Of a stretch of 64,000 bases of DNA, positions 19,277-29,227 are shown in pieces. Every line of letters begins with the position of its first letter. Position 1 is the stretch's first letter. The position numbers and the translations under genes were made by a program. Below the pieces are notes generated by a model. The model was given only the letters and a program-made list of their open reading frames with translations. It ran no database searches and had not been told where the DNA came from. The DNA is from Phycisphaerales bacterium (lineage in GTDB: Bacteria > Planctomycetota > Phycisphaerae > Phycisphaerales > UBA1924). The stretch covers positions 3,104,001-3,168,000 of the forward strand of contig OZ245777.1 of the NCBI GenBank assembly GCA_965227775.1, read 5' to 3'.

Positions 19277-20503
19277 CTACTCGCCCAACACGAAGCTTCG
19301 ATCGTCCCAGATCTTCTGCAGACGCTTCTCGATGCCGCCGCCGGGCGTCAACTCCTGGCCGCAGGCGACCAGCAGGTCGACGAGGCCATCAAAGTCCTTG
19401 AGCGAGATTTGTTCGCTGCCGATCACCGGAGGCGTCGTGTTCGTGCCCGCCTGTACCGCCGCCAGGTCGGCCATGTTGTGGTAGTTGCCCAGCGGCAGGC
19501 AGACGCACGTTGCCTCGTAGCCGGCAGCGCAGAACACCGTCGCCTCGCACGCGCCGCCGGCCATGAGCTTGCGCTGCCAGCGCCACGTCGGCATGTCGCT
19601 CTGCTTCTGCGCTGCCGTTGGAGTCGCCGGACCGCCTGCGACCGCTTCCGCACGCGCGGCGACCGCCGCCGTCAGGCGAGGCGTGAACACCGTGAGCCGG
19701 TCACCCACTCGCACGATCGGGCCACCGCCAATCGGCGAATCATCGAACGCCCGGCTGTTCTCGAGCGCGATGACCGGTGCACCCTCCTGAATGGTCTTGT
19801 CCCGGCACGCGCCGATAGCACCGACAAAGCCGATCTCTTCCGCCCGCGTGAAGAACACCCGAACATCACGCCCCACGTGCTCACCGCTCGCCTTGAGCTT
19901 GAGTAGCTCATCAAGCGCGGCCAGCGCCGCGGCGGCTGCCGCCAGGTCATCACATGCCGGCGCATTCAAGATTCCATCGGCAACGAACGCTTCGGGCAGC
20001 AGCCAGGTCGCGATGTCTTCGCTCGTCAGACTCGCCGTATCGTGTCCATCGTCGAGTCGGACGCGATATCGCTTGAAGAGCTCTTCGTCCTCGGAGGCGG
20101 GCTCGATGCGTTCGACGATCATGCCGGGCCGAGCGCTGCCCTCTGCCGGATGCACCTGCACACGTGCATCGTTGAAGTAGTCGTCCATTACGCCGCCACG
20201 GAAGGCAACAACAAGGTTCGAGCCATCCTCGATCGACTCGACCGCGAATCCGGGGTGATCGAGATGTGCGGTGATGTACACGGGCTCGCCCGGTGCAAAC
20301 GGCTCGATCCGCCGGATCGTCAGATTGCCATGCGAATCGCTGCTCATGGTGAGCTCGGATCGCTCGGCAACCCACGCTCGCACCCATTGCACGACGCGCC
20401 CTTCGCGGCCGGCCACTGTTGGTATGCTCGTCAGCGTGGCGAGCCATTCGTGGTGCCGCGGTCGGGCGTCTGCGTCGATGGTTGGAGCGAGCGTCGTTGG
20501 CAT
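19277..20503 (-). CDS. M42/M20-type zinc metallopeptidase/hydrolase
   Basis: GREG, AHLDH, ACDDL, AEEIG, LENS, YHN metal-ligand pattern. Confidence 0.75.
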   Translation of the reverse strand: MPTTLAPTIDADARPRHHEWLATLTSIPTVAGREGRVVQWVRAWVAERSELTMSSDSHGNLTIRRIEPFAPGEPVYITAHLDHPGFAVESIEDGSNLVVAFRGGVMDDYFNDARVQVHPAEGSARPGMIVERIEPASEDEELFKRYRVRLDDGHDTASLTSEDIATWLLPEAFVADGILNAPACDDLAAAAAALAALDELLKLKASGEHVGRDVRVFFTRAEEIGFVGAIGACRDKTIQEGAPVIALENSRAFDDSPIGGGPIVRVGDRLTVFTPRLTAAVAARAEAVAGGPATPTAAQKQSDMPTWRWQRKLMAGGACEATVFCAAGYEATCVCLPLGNYHNMADLAAVQAGTNTTPPVIGSEQISLKDFDGLVDLLVACGQELTPGGGIEKRLQKIWDDRSFVLGE

Positions 20504-20580
20504 GATGCAGGGTAGCAAAGCACAACCGCCGGCACCCCAAGAGCACCGGCGGCCAATGAGACTTCGTGAACGTCGCGGAT

Positions 20581-22395
20581 CTACCGCCTGCCGGCTTCGA
20601 TCTCAACCGTCGGAGCCCACGTTGCAACGATCATGTTCCCTGCGACCATCGCCTGGATGTTGGCGCCCGCGCTCACACGGTAGATGAAGTACGTGTCCTG
20701 CACAGCACGGCTGCGGCTCACCGTAAACGGCAGACTGCTCAGATCCGAAATCGGCTGGCTGGGCGTGAACCCGATGTAGGTGTTCGCGTCCTCCATACAG
20801 ATGTAGCCCACCGGCGGATAGAGCTGGCCCTGCTCATCGACGAGCATGGGCGCCTCGTTGCCCGTCAGGTTCTGGAACACCGGACCGTTCAGGGCCAGCG
20901 GCGACTCGCGACCCACGTCGACCTGGACGATTCGGATGTCATCGGACTGTGCAAAGCCACCGACGCGCAGAGCCGGATCGATGAACTGGCCTCGGAGCGA
21001 GTTCGTGAGGTACTGCTCAACACCGCCGACGATCGTGTAGTACCGATCGTTGTCGCCCTTGACCACTTCAAGCCCGCGCTCGGTGCCCTTCTTGATCAGC
21101 AGGCGTCCGGGCAGCGTGTTCTGGATCCGCATGAAGAACTCTTCCGGATCGACGTCCTGCCGACCGATCTTGGTCCGCAACTCGACGGCCATGCTGTTGT
21201 CCATGGAAGCCAAGTCGATGCCGCCATACTCGAAGGTGGTCACCGCGTCGTCGCGCTGAGCAGTGGTGTTGAAAGTGCGATCGGGTGTCTTCTCGAGCTC
21301 CTGCCGGGCACCGCGGATGTAGATCGCGATCGGCCGATACCCGCGGGGCAGTGCGAAGTCGAACGCCATGATCGCCTTGGCACCACCGCCGACCGATGCG
21401 ATAAAGGTGTCGTCGGCATCGAATCGGAAGCGAGCCAGCGTTGGCTCCTCGGCTTCCGCCTGGCTAATGACCGCCGATGGGTGGAACGCACGCGTGAAAC
21501 CGGTGTCGCCCAGCTCTGCGACGAGCCGGACCTGTGCGTTGCCCAGCACGATCTTGGCGCCACCGCCAAGCTCACGCGCCTGGGCGTCGAACTCGACAAC
21601 CACGCCGGCGACGTATCCGTTGGAGATCTCTTCGCCATCGAGCCCGATGACGCGCTGCTGGACGTTCTGCCAGCGGTCACGCATGAGCTGAGAGATGTTG
21701 CCGCCACCGTCGATGTCACCCAGGGCGTACCACTGAATGACGGCGAACTCGTCCGGCCGAGAGGCGTTGCGACTCTGGCCGGCGAACGTCGTGCGCATGG
21801 CCGAACCCATCTCGTGGAATCCCGGGTGCCACTTGGCGAGCGGTTCGTTCGTCGCCAGTGTTCCGCGAGACATCCACGAATACAGGCCCGCAGTCCATTC
21901 GTCGACGTAGGGGCGGAACGGCGAGGAATTGCGCACGACGCTGCCGCGAGCGCCGCCTCCCTCTTGGGTGAACACGAGGCCCTGCACGGGCTTGTCCGGA
22001 CCGAATCGCATCATGCTCAGCGACATCAGGATGAAGCCAACTGTGATAACTCCGGTGCCCAGACCGCAGATGCCGGCGCCGATGTACTCGATGTTGTCCT
22101 GGAACTTCAGGTTGTTGGGTACGGCCTTATCGACGATCACACGGAAGATCGCGAGGGCGATCGCAAAGGACAGGCCGAGCGACACGCCATGAGCCGTGTC
22201 GCGAAGGATCGTCCCAATGCCACGGTCCGGAGCGTTGTCCAGGATGAGCAGCGTGATCGGCTCATAGACCGCGAACGCCACTGCTCCCGCCGCGAGCACG
22301 CACAGCAGGTGCAGGAATGCGCTGAAGAACCCGCGGATAACCCACACCCAGGTGAAGATCAGCACGGCTGCCAGTGCAAAGACGGTAAAAAGCAT
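20581..22395 (-). CDS. CvpA-like membrane protein with large (about 450 aa) C-terminal soluble domain
   Basis: RGFFSAFLHL..V..AG.VAFAVYEP N-terminus with 4 TM segments, G.GICG.GTG; long hydrophilic tail. Confidence 0.6.
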   Translation of the reverse strand: MLFTVFALAAVLIFTWVWVIRGFFSAFLHLLCVLAAGAVAFAVYEPITLLILDNAPDRGIGTILRDTAHGVSLGLSFAIALAIFRVIVDKAVPNNLKFQDNIEYIGAGICGLGTGVITVGFILMSLSMMRFGPDKPVQGLVFTQEGGGARGSVVRNSSPFRPYVDEWTAGLYSWMSRGTLATNEPLAKWHPGFHEMGSAMRTTFAGQSRNASRPDEFAVIQWYALGDIDGGGNISQLMRDRWQNVQQRVIGLDGEEISNGYVAGVVVEFDAQARELGGGAKIVLGNAQVRLVAELGDTGFTRAFHPSAVISQAEAEEPTLARFRFDADDTFIASVGGGAKAIMAFDFALPRGYRPIAIYIRGARQELEKTPDRTFNTTAQRDDAVTTFEYGGIDLASMDNSMAVELRTKIGRQDVDPEEFFMRIQNTLPGRLLIKKGTERGLEVVKGDNDRYYTIVGGVEQYLTNSLRGQFIDPALRVGGFAQSDDIRIVQVDVGRESPLALNGPVFQNLTGNEAPMLVDEQGQLYPPVGYICMEDANTYIGFTPSQPISDLSSLPFTVSRSRAVQDTYFIYRVSAGANIQAMVAGNMIVATWAPTVEIEAGRR

Positions 22396-22420
22396 TGGAT
22401 TCTCCTTGCGGGCAGGCTCT

Positions 22421-24163
22421 TTATGCGCCAGCGGCGGCGGGCTTCGGCGACGAGGCGGACTTGCTCTTGGACGCACCAACGGTCACGCGGATCACCTCGT
22501 CCACGCTGGTCTCGCCTTCCACGGCGCGAATGATCGCGGCCTGCTGAAGCGTGGGGACGCCCTGCTTGCGGAAGGCCGTCGCGAGCGCGTTCATGTCACC
22601 TTGCTCGATGGCGGCCTTCTCCTCGGCTCCGACGCCGAACAGCTCGAACACGCCAATCTGCCCGACGAAGCCCGTACCGCCACTCTCCGGGCATGGCACC
22701 AACTTCTTGTTCACCTCAACGTGCGTGCGGTGGCGGTACAGCGTCTTGACCTTCTCGGGCGAGAGGCCCAGCTTCTTCAACATGTCTGGACTTGGCACGT
22801 ACGCCTCGCGGCTTGATTTGGCCAGCGCCCGCACCAGCTTGCCGGCCAGCACACCCCGCAGCGCCTGGGCTGCCAGCGCGTTGTCGTGCAGAGCGCGGCG
22901 GAAGATCTCGACCGCCTGCAAGGCGTTGTCTGCCGGCATCGACAGATATACACGCGTGTGCTCCAGGTCACCCTTGGCCGCTTCAACGGCCGTCGCCTCG
23001 TCTACAAGTTCGGCTACGCCCACGACGCTTGGGTCGCGACGCAGGATCGAACGCAGCAGCGTTGCATGATCCGGTCCGCCGCCGGACGGGCTCCAGTCGT
23101 TCTGGCGGATGCCTTCGAGCGTGTCTTGCTGCTCGAGCTCGATCGTCTGGATGTTCGACGTATACGCGTCGTGCATCTTCAGCACGGTGTACAGCATCGT
23201 GGTTCGGCCCATGCCCTTCGGCGCGGCCAACAACACGACGCCGCTGCCATCTTCGACCAGCTTCTGCAGCAACTCGCGCTGCTGAGGCAGCAATCCCAGG
23301 TTGTCGCCCTTTCGGCGAACGGCCTTGGACGGATCCACGACCATCGTGAGCTTTAGGCCCTGTTGGCCGCCGCTGGTGATGAGTCGCAAGTGGTGACGCT
23401 CGCCACCCTTGGAAATGTCGGGCTCGCCCACCTGCCGGCGACGCTCGCCGGGTTCGAGGCCCGAGGCGCTCTGCCAGAAGGCGATCACACGCATCGCGTC
23501 CTGCGGGCTGAGCGGATCGCCCACGACCGTGCGAAGGCCGTCCACCGTGTGGGCGACGGCGTAGCCCTTGTCGCCTGCCGGCAGCAGCTCGATCTTGTGC
23601 GCCCGCGCCGCGACGCCATCGATGTACAGTTTCTCGGCGGCCGCCCGAACGACCATCTCGTTGGTGCCCTCCTCGGGCGGCTCCATCGACACGCCGTCGG
23701 GCTTGACGATCGAGAGCTGCACGCCTGTGGCCTTGCGAGCCTCGCGGGCCTCCTTGCGGGCCTCCATCCAGCTCGCGACATTCATGGTGAGCCTGTGCTC
23801 TTCGGGCACGCGCTCGTCCTTGTTGGCCGATTGCACGTACATGAAGGGCGGCACGGCCAGCAGGAGCGCCACCGCAGGCACCGCGGCCAAGAACGCCACG
23901 ATGCCCGTCAGCGGGTTGACCACAATGACCGCGACGGCAAGAAGCGCCGTGACCATGTAGATCATGTTCCAACGTTCACGCGGCAGGTAGAAGCGGGCGG
24001 CGTGCTTGTCGGCCACGCTGGAGATGAACCACCCCCAGGCCGCAAACATCGCCACGAAGATCAGCGCCTTCCACCAGGAGGCGAGCACGAATGCGCTCGC
24101 ATCGGCAAGCATGGCCGACGGCGCGGGGGCGAGCAAGAGCTGGGTCAGATCCACGAGTGGCAT
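22421..24163 (-). CDS. GspE/PilB-family secretion ATPase homolog with N-terminal TM segments and degenerate catalytic motifs
   Basis: HTVDG, GVVLL..APKGMGRTTMLY, NIQTIE, LRSILRRDPSVVGVAEL, GTGFVGQIGVFEL, GETSVDEVIRV. Confidence 0.8.
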   Translation of the reverse strand: MPLVDLTQLLLAPAPSAMLADASAFVLASWWKALIFVAMFAAWGWFISSVADKHAARFYLPRERWNMIYMVTALLAVAVIVVNPLTGIVAFLAAVPAVALLLAVPPFMYVQSANKDERVPEEHRLTMNVASWMEARKEAREARKATGVQLSIVKPDGVSMEPPEEGTNEMVVRAAAEKLYIDGVAARAHKIELLPAGDKGYAVAHTVDGLRTVVGDPLSPQDAMRVIAFWQSASGLEPGERRRQVGEPDISKGGERHHLRLITSGGQQGLKLTMVVDPSKAVRRKGDNLGLLPQQRELLQKLVEDGSGVVLLAAPKGMGRTTMLYTVLKMHDAYTSNIQTIELEQQDTLEGIRQNDWSPSGGGPDHATLLRSILRRDPSVVGVAELVDEATAVEAAKGDLEHTRVYLSMPADNALQAVEIFRRALHDNALAAQALRGVLAGKLVRALAKSSREAYVPSPDMLKKLGLSPEKVKTLYRHRTHVEVNKKLVPCPESGGTGFVGQIGVFELFGVGAEEKAAIEQGDMNALATAFRKQGVPTLQQAAIIRAVEGETSVDEVIRVTVGASKSKSASSPKPAAAGA

Positions 24164-24239
24164 TCCTTTATCGTGTCAAGGGCCAGTCGGCTGCGGAGCA
24201 CGGCGTCGAACGGCGCCGAACGAATCGATCACGCAAGAC

Positions 24240-25424
24240 TCAACGCTTCTGCGAGGCGCCGCCGAACTTCTTCAGACGCATCTGGAGGTCGTCCTTGTTC
24301 GGGCTGCTATCCATCGCGGTGCGCTGGTGGATGTACTCTTCTTCGATCAGCTTCACGAGCCATGCGTTGAAGTCGACCATGCCCTGCTGCTGGGCCTCGA
24401 TCGAGTTCAGGTACTCGCGCAGTTCGCCCTCGCGCTCCTCGAGGATGTGCTTCTGCACGACCGTGTCGTTGATCAGGATCTCGATCGCCGGGATACGCGG
24501 GATGTTCTCGTGCAGCGTCGGCAGCAGCTTCTGATACACGAACGCACGCATCTGGTACGCCAGCATGCGGCGGATGCCCTCGACCTCCTCAGTCTCGAAC
24601 AAGCCGTAGATGCGGCTGAACGTCTGCGTCGTGCTCGACGCGTGGATCGTTCCGTACACCAAGTGGCCCGTCTCGGCTGCGTTCAGGGCGGCCTCGAAGG
24701 TGTCCTTGTCACGCATCTCGCCGATGAGCACGGTATCAGGGTTCTCGCGAACCAGAGCCTTCAGGGCGATCTTGAAGTCCAGCACGTCGATGCCGATCTC
24801 GCGCTGGTTAATCGTCGCCTTCTTGTCATGGAAGATGTATTCGATCGGGTCCTCGATCGTCACGATGTGGATCGGCTTGCGCTGGTTCACGTAGTCGATC
24901 ATGGACGCGATGGTCGTCGACTTACCCGAACCCGTCACACCGCTGAGTAGCACGATGCCCTGCGGCTGCAGCGCGATCTTGCCCATGACCTCCGGAAGGT
25001 GCAGGCCTTCGAATGGGAGGATATTGCTCGTAATCAAGCGGGCCGCTAGCGAGATGTGGCCGCGAGCCTTGAACAGGTTCATGCGGAAGCGGGCGCTCTC
25101 GTCGTAGTCGTACGCGAAGTCGACACTGCCGTAGTGGGCCAGGTCCTTGATCTGCTCTTCATCAAGGGTCGCGTTGATGATCTCTTGCCAATCTTCGGCC
25201 GTCACCGGCTTGGTATCGAGCGGCTTCAGGGCGCCACGCATGCGAAGCTTGGGAGGCTGGTCGGTCTTGATGATCAGGTCCGACGCGCCGAACTTGATGC
25301 ACGCCTTGAGGAACTCGCCCAGGCGGGTCGCGTGCGGGTCACGCTGTCCGCCGAATATGTCAACGGCCGGAGCGGTATGCCCCTCGGTTTCGTCGCTGTG
25401 GACCGCCGTGCGTGCGCTGCTCAT
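24240..25424 (-). CDS. pilT: Type IV pilus retraction ATPase PilT/PilU family
   Basis: GASDL, RFRMNLF, GVTGSGKSTT, TIEDPIE, QREIG.D, RENPDTVLIGEMRD, AAETGHLVYGTIHA. Confidence 0.9.
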   Translation of the reverse strand: MSSARTAVHSDETEGHTAPAVDIFGGQRDPHATRLGEFLKACIKFGASDLIIKTDQPPKLRMRGALKPLDTKPVTAEDWQEIINATLDEEQIKDLAHYGSVDFAYDYDESARFRMNLFKARGHISLAARLITSNILPFEGLHLPEVMGKIALQPQGIVLLSGVTGSGKSTTIASMIDYVNQRKPIHIVTIEDPIEYIFHDKKATINQREIGIDVLDFKIALKALVRENPDTVLIGEMRDKDTFEAALNAAETGHLVYGTIHASSTTQTFSRIYGLFETEEVEGIRRMLAYQMRAFVYQKLLPTLHENIPRIPAIEILINDTVVQKHILEEREGELREYLNSIEAQQQGMVDFNAWLVKLIEEEYIHQRTAMDSSPNKDDLQMRLKKFGGASQKR

Positions 25425-25752
25425 GCTTTACCAACTCCCGTCGCCGCCCGGGCGACGCTTTCATCGAACCACCAATGCCGGCCTCGCCTGGGAGACCTAC
25501 CAGTTCCGACGCGGGCGAGTTGCCCGAGTGCCCCTTGGGGCCAGGGATCGTCCCTACGGCGAACGCGGGGTCGAGCCCTAAATGTAGCGCCACTCACCCC
25601 CCCGACCGTTACCGACGATGGCCCTTTCCGGGCCCCAGAGGCCAATTTCGGGGTCGATCCGAGCGGCCGTGACGCCAGCCGCCCCGATTCGCGGACCCTG
25701 TTCGTAGGCGCGCAGGGGCGGGTTCCCAACCTGCCAACCCCGGCCGCGCACC

Positions 25753-25776
25753 AAAAAGGGGCCGTCACGGCCCCTT
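25753..25776 (-). terminator. Intrinsic terminator after the sigma factor gene
   Basis: AAGGGGCCG-TGA-CGGCCCCTT followed by TTT on the minus strand. Confidence 0.75.
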
Positions 25777-25797
25777 CGAGATCACGATGCAGCGGCG

Positions 25798-26868
25798 TCA
25801 GGCCGTCGGAGCAACCTCGCCGGCTTCGGCGCCTTGCTCTTCTTCTTCCTGGTTCACGCCCAGGAAGTTGGCTTCCAGCTCGACCCGGAGCTTCTCCATC
25901 GCCTTGTTCTGGATCTGACGCACGCGCTCCTTGGTCACGCCGATGATCTGCCCGACCTGCTCGAGGGTCATGGGCTTCTCTTCGCCGCTCTCGAGCCCAA
26001 AGCGGTGCTCGATGACCGTGCGCTCCACGTCCGTGAGATCGGCGCGGTTGTCCATGACAATCCGTTTGACCTCCTCGGCCGCGTCACGCTCGAAGTCGGC
26101 CCGCTTGGTCTCGAGGAAGTTGGACTTCTCGAGCTTTGGGTCGAAGTCGGTCGGGAAGCGCTGGCGGTACTTGCTCAGCTTCATGCCCTGACGGCTGAAC
26201 GCCTTCAGGATGGCCCGACAGGCGTACGTGCTGAACTTGTAGCCGCGACCAGCGTCGAACTTGTCGACCGCGCGGAGCAGGGCCATATTGCCCTCGCTCA
26301 CCAGGTCGGCAAAGTCGACCTCGCTCATGCGCGTGCGCTTGGCCATCGCCAGGACGAGCGCGAGGTTCGTCTCGGCGATCTGCTCGCGGATCAGATCGGC
26401 ACGGCGGTACCACCACAGGATCTTCTCGGCCTGCTCGGGATTCGGCTTGCGGTTTGGATTCTCCCAAACCTCCTGCTGCAGCATCCACACGCGGTGACGC
26501 GCATAGTTGAACTGGTGAAACAGAACCTTTTCCTCGGCCGCCGTCAGGATGACCTGCTGGCTGCTCTTGACGGTCCGGGTCCGCGTAGCCGACAGGTCGT
26601 CCATCACGGGGTGATACCACGCGGTATCGGGCTTCTGGATATCGGGGGCTTCCTCGTAGATCTTGCCCTCGGCCCGGTCCTCGTAGAAGGCGGGGCTGTC
26701 GATGTAGTCCATCTCCTGGGCCATGATCTGGTCGAGTAGCCGCTCATCTTCGGGGCTCAGGCGGCGACGGGCGCCGCGCGCGACGACGCCCTGACCGGCA
26801 ATGCCGGCGTGCTGCCTGCGGCGAGCCTGCTCCAGCGGGCTCGGTCCTTTGCCACGATTCTGCCTCAT
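25798..26868 (-). CDS. RNA polymerase sigma-70 family factor (RpoD-like regions 1.2, 2 and 4; region 3 apparently absent)
   Basis: LTAAEE, NLALV, DLVSEGNMALLRAVDKFD..RGYKFSTYA, RFGL, TLEQVG..GVTKERVRQIQ. Confidence 0.9.
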   Translation of the reverse strand: MRQNRGKGPSPLEQARRRQHAGIAGQGVVARGARRRLSPEDERLLDQIMAQEMDYIDSPAFYEDRAEGKIYEEAPDIQKPDTAWYHPVMDDLSATRTRTVKSSQQVILTAAEEKVLFHQFNYARHRVWMLQQEVWENPNRKPNPEQAEKILWWYRRADLIREQIAETNLALVLAMAKRTRMSEVDFADLVSEGNMALLRAVDKFDAGRGYKFSTYACRAILKAFSRQGMKLSKYRQRFPTDFDPKLEKSNFLETKRADFERDAAEEVKRIVMDNRADLTDVERTVIEHRFGLESGEEKPMTLEQVGQIIGVTKERVRQIQNKAMEKLRVELEANFLGVNQEEEEQGAEAGEVAPTA

Positions 26869-27503
26869 CGGTCACTTCCCTTCGCACTGGCCGGAGCCCC
26901 AACGGGCCCGGACCGTGCGGCGATCCCGAGGGATCTTGCCTTGCCGCACGTCATGCTGCCTTGCACCCGAGCCGGATCACCGACCCGCGCGAAAAACCAA
27001 CCATTGCCAACACCACTCGGTACGGGGTTGTTCGCCCGAGCGATACCAAAACCCGAGCGGCCGCACCACCAATGTCACCCACGTGCCTCCAACCGAAGGA
27101 GGCTGCGGGCCCCAACAAGACTTGTACTGTCCTCCTGCCACCGAAGACTCAGATGCACGGGAAACCCCTTATATAATCGGAAGGGGTATCTCGGCTTGTT
27201 TCGTCCTCGGCTCCGGCAGCGGCCTTCGCTTCGCCCTGGCTCGCTACCTGTCGGAGACGCACCCAAGATATACGCCTCGCGCGAAGAAAAAGTTTCCTCG
27301 CAAAGCGCGATCAATGGCGAATCTTCCGGGCTGTCACACGATCGGACCCCACGACCTCGTCAGCGAGTCGATGCATCGCAATCCCTGCGACGACCCGCGC
27401 GAGCACAGCGACAAGATAACGGAAAACCTGGCCCGAGTCCATGAGATTTATCCAGTTTTCCCTGACGGTTATCCCTAACCATGTGCTTTCACTACGATGA
27501 TCC

Positions 27504-27692
27504 ATGGGTTTTGAACCGCGACGCAGCGGATGGAAAAAGAACGCGATCGTGACAGGGGTCGTCCTGTCGCCGATCGCGGTCCTGATCGTTTTGTTTGTTC
27601 TGCTGAATCGAGCCTATCAGGCCGAACTCGATGGCGGGGACACGACCCGACCGGTCGAGCGGCAGAGCGATCAGCCCCTGGCCTTGCCGTAG
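27504..27692 (+). CDS. Small single-TM hypothetical protein (62 aa)
   Basis: Basic N-terminus then one hydrophobic helix; TACGAT -10-like hexamer 5 nt before ATG. Confidence 0.5.
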   Translation: MGFEPRRSGWKKNAIVTGVVLSPIAVLIVLFVLLNRAYQAELDGGDTTRPVERQSDQPLALP

Positions 27693-28282
27693 AGCTCGCC
27701 GACCTTCTTCCAATTCACCACGTTCCACCACGACTTTACGTAGTCGGGCCGGCGGTTCTGGTAGTTCAGGTAGTACGCGTGCTCCCAGACATCGATGCCC
27801 AGGATCGGGGTGTGACCGTCCATCAGCGGGCTGTCCTGGTTCAGCGAACTGGTGACCTGCAGCTTGCCCCCACCATCGACAACCAGCCATGCCCAGCCGG
27901 ACCCGAATCGGCCCGCGGCTGCGGCGGCGAAGTCCTCCTTGAACTTGTCGAGCCCGCCCAAGTCGGCGTCGATGGCGCTGGCCAAGTCGCCTTCGGGCGA
28001 GCCACCGCCGTCTGGGCTCATGACCTGCCAGAAGAGGCTGTGGTTCGCGTGGCCACCGCCGTTATTGATAACGGCCTGTCGCTTGTCTTGCGGCACGTCG
28101 TTGATGTTCCGCAGAACCTCTTCGATGGGCTTGCCGGCCATGGGTGACCCTTCCAGGGCAGCGTTGACCTTATCGACGTAGGCCTGGTGGTGCTTCCCAT
28201 GGTGGATCTCCATCGTTTTGGTATCGATGTGGGGCTCGAGCGCGTCCTTGGCGTACGGAAGATCAGGCAGCGTGTATGCCAT
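27671..28282 (-). CDS. sodA: Superoxide dismutase (Mn-type signature)
   Basis: [39 protein letters not shown]. Confidence 0.93.
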   Translation of the reverse strand: MAYTLPDLPYAKDALEPHIDTKTMEIHHGKHHQAYVDKVNAALEGSPMAGKPIEEVLRNINDVPQDKRQAVINNGGGHANHSLFWQVMSPDGGGSPEGDLASAIDADLGGLDKFKEDFAAAAAGRFGSGWAWLVVDGGGKLQVTSSLNQDSPLMDGHTPILGIDVWEHAYYLNYQNRRPDYVKSWWNVVNWKKVGELYGKARG

Positions 28283-28430
28283 TGAGAACTCTCCTTCATG
28301 TCCGGGCCTTGCGGGCCGGGCGTCGAGCGGCGCGTGACCTGCCGCCACGCCCGCGGGGGTTTGGGGCATGATACGGGCCAGTGCCCCACGTGCCGGCGTC
28401 GGCAGAAAGTCGCTGGGAGTCAGCGATCGT

Positions 28431-28466
28431 GAAACGGAAAACCCCCCGCCGGATGCGAGGGGTTAG
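28431..28466 (-). terminator. Probable intrinsic terminator after the dockerin-domain gene
   Basis: AACCCCTCGC..GCGGGGGGTT stem followed by TTCCGTTTC. Confidence 0.5.
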
Positions 28467-28498
28467 AAGATCGGACCGAGGGTGTCTCGGCGTGCCGC

Positions 28499-29227
28499 TT
28501 ACTCGCAGCCGGCGTCGAACTCGTTCTGGAAGGCCAGGAAATCGAAAATGGTCAGCGAGCCGTCGCCATCGAAGTCGGCGGCGAGGTCGCCAGCATCGAA
28601 CGCGTTCTGGAACGCCAGGAAGTCGAAGATGGTCAGCTGGCCATCGCCATCGAAGTCGGCGCGGCAGGGCTCGCCGCCGGCGAACACCATGTCGTCGGCA
28701 TCAAAAATCTCGCCCACGGCTGTGCCGACGTAGCTGGGTGCCGCGATGATGCGCACCTCGCTCACCGGCTCGCTGCTGGTGAAGCCCAGGAAGGTGTCTT
28801 CGAAGCCCGACGCGAAATCGAGCACGTCGGCCACGCCTTCGTCGGTGTCGATGGCGATGCCGATGCCCGACGCGGCGCCGAAGGTGTCCCAGCCGAAGGC
28901 CTGGATCGGGCTGTCGAACGTGAAGATGTACTCGACATGGCCGCTGGCGGGGAAGACCGCACCCTGGAACGTTCCGCCTGCGATAGCAGGGGAACCGGTG
29001 CCGCTATCGACACCGATGACCTCGATGCTGCCCCAGTCAGTCAAGATGACGCCCGACGAGGGCTGCAACGGATCGATCGAGAAGCTCTCGAAGTCCTCTG
29101 TCAGGAATTCGCCGCTCACGAGCGGATCGCCTTCCCAGCTGGCCCGATCGCCATAGTCGGTGAACTGTGCGTTGGCGGCGGCGGTCAGGCCGGCCACGAG
29201 AACGATGCTGGCGATACCATGCTTCAT
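28499..29227 (-). CDS. Exported protein with C-terminal GC-type dockerin-like domain
   Basis: Signal peptide (AAANA/QF); tail CRADFDGDGQLTIFDFLAFQNAFDAGDLAADFDGDGSLTIFDFLAFQNEFDAGCE. Confidence 0.85.
   Translation of the reverse strand: MKHGIASIVLVAGLTAAANAQFTDYGDRASWEGDPLVSGEFLTEDFESFSIDPLQPSSGVILTDWGSIEVIGVDSGTGSPAIAGGTFQGAVFPASGHVEYIFTFDSPIQAFGWDTFGAASGIGIAIDTDEGVADVLDFASGFEDTFLGFTSSEPVSEVRIIAAPSYVGTAVGEIFDADDMVFAGGEPCRADFDGDGQLTIFDFLAFQNAFDAGDLAADFDGDGSLTIFDFLAFQNEFDAGCE
28505..28662. repeat. Two-copy imperfect direct repeat (81-bp period) encoding the duplicated dockerin motif
   Basis: CGTTCTGGAA..CCAGGAA.TCGAA.ATGGTCAGC...TCGCCATCGAAGTCGGCG occurs twice. Confidence 0.75.

Noticed and set aside
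20566..22533. Long plus-strand ORF (655 aa) and similar ones such as 48-1316, 5291-7072, 10338-12416 and 46448-48472
   Set aside because: Antisense shadows of well-supported opposite-strand genes; expected from stop-codon scarcity in GC-rich DNA, with no recognisable motifs
25425..25750. Possible c-di-GMP riboswitch in the pilT leader
   Set aside because: The conserved GEMM elements could not be matched by eye; a covariance-model search would be needed
27400..27500. DnaA-box-like TTATCCAGT and TTATCCCTA in an AT-richer gap as possible oriC
   Set aside because: Each has two mismatches to TTATCCACA and there are only two; a single TTATCCATA-like site near 58298 is equally weak
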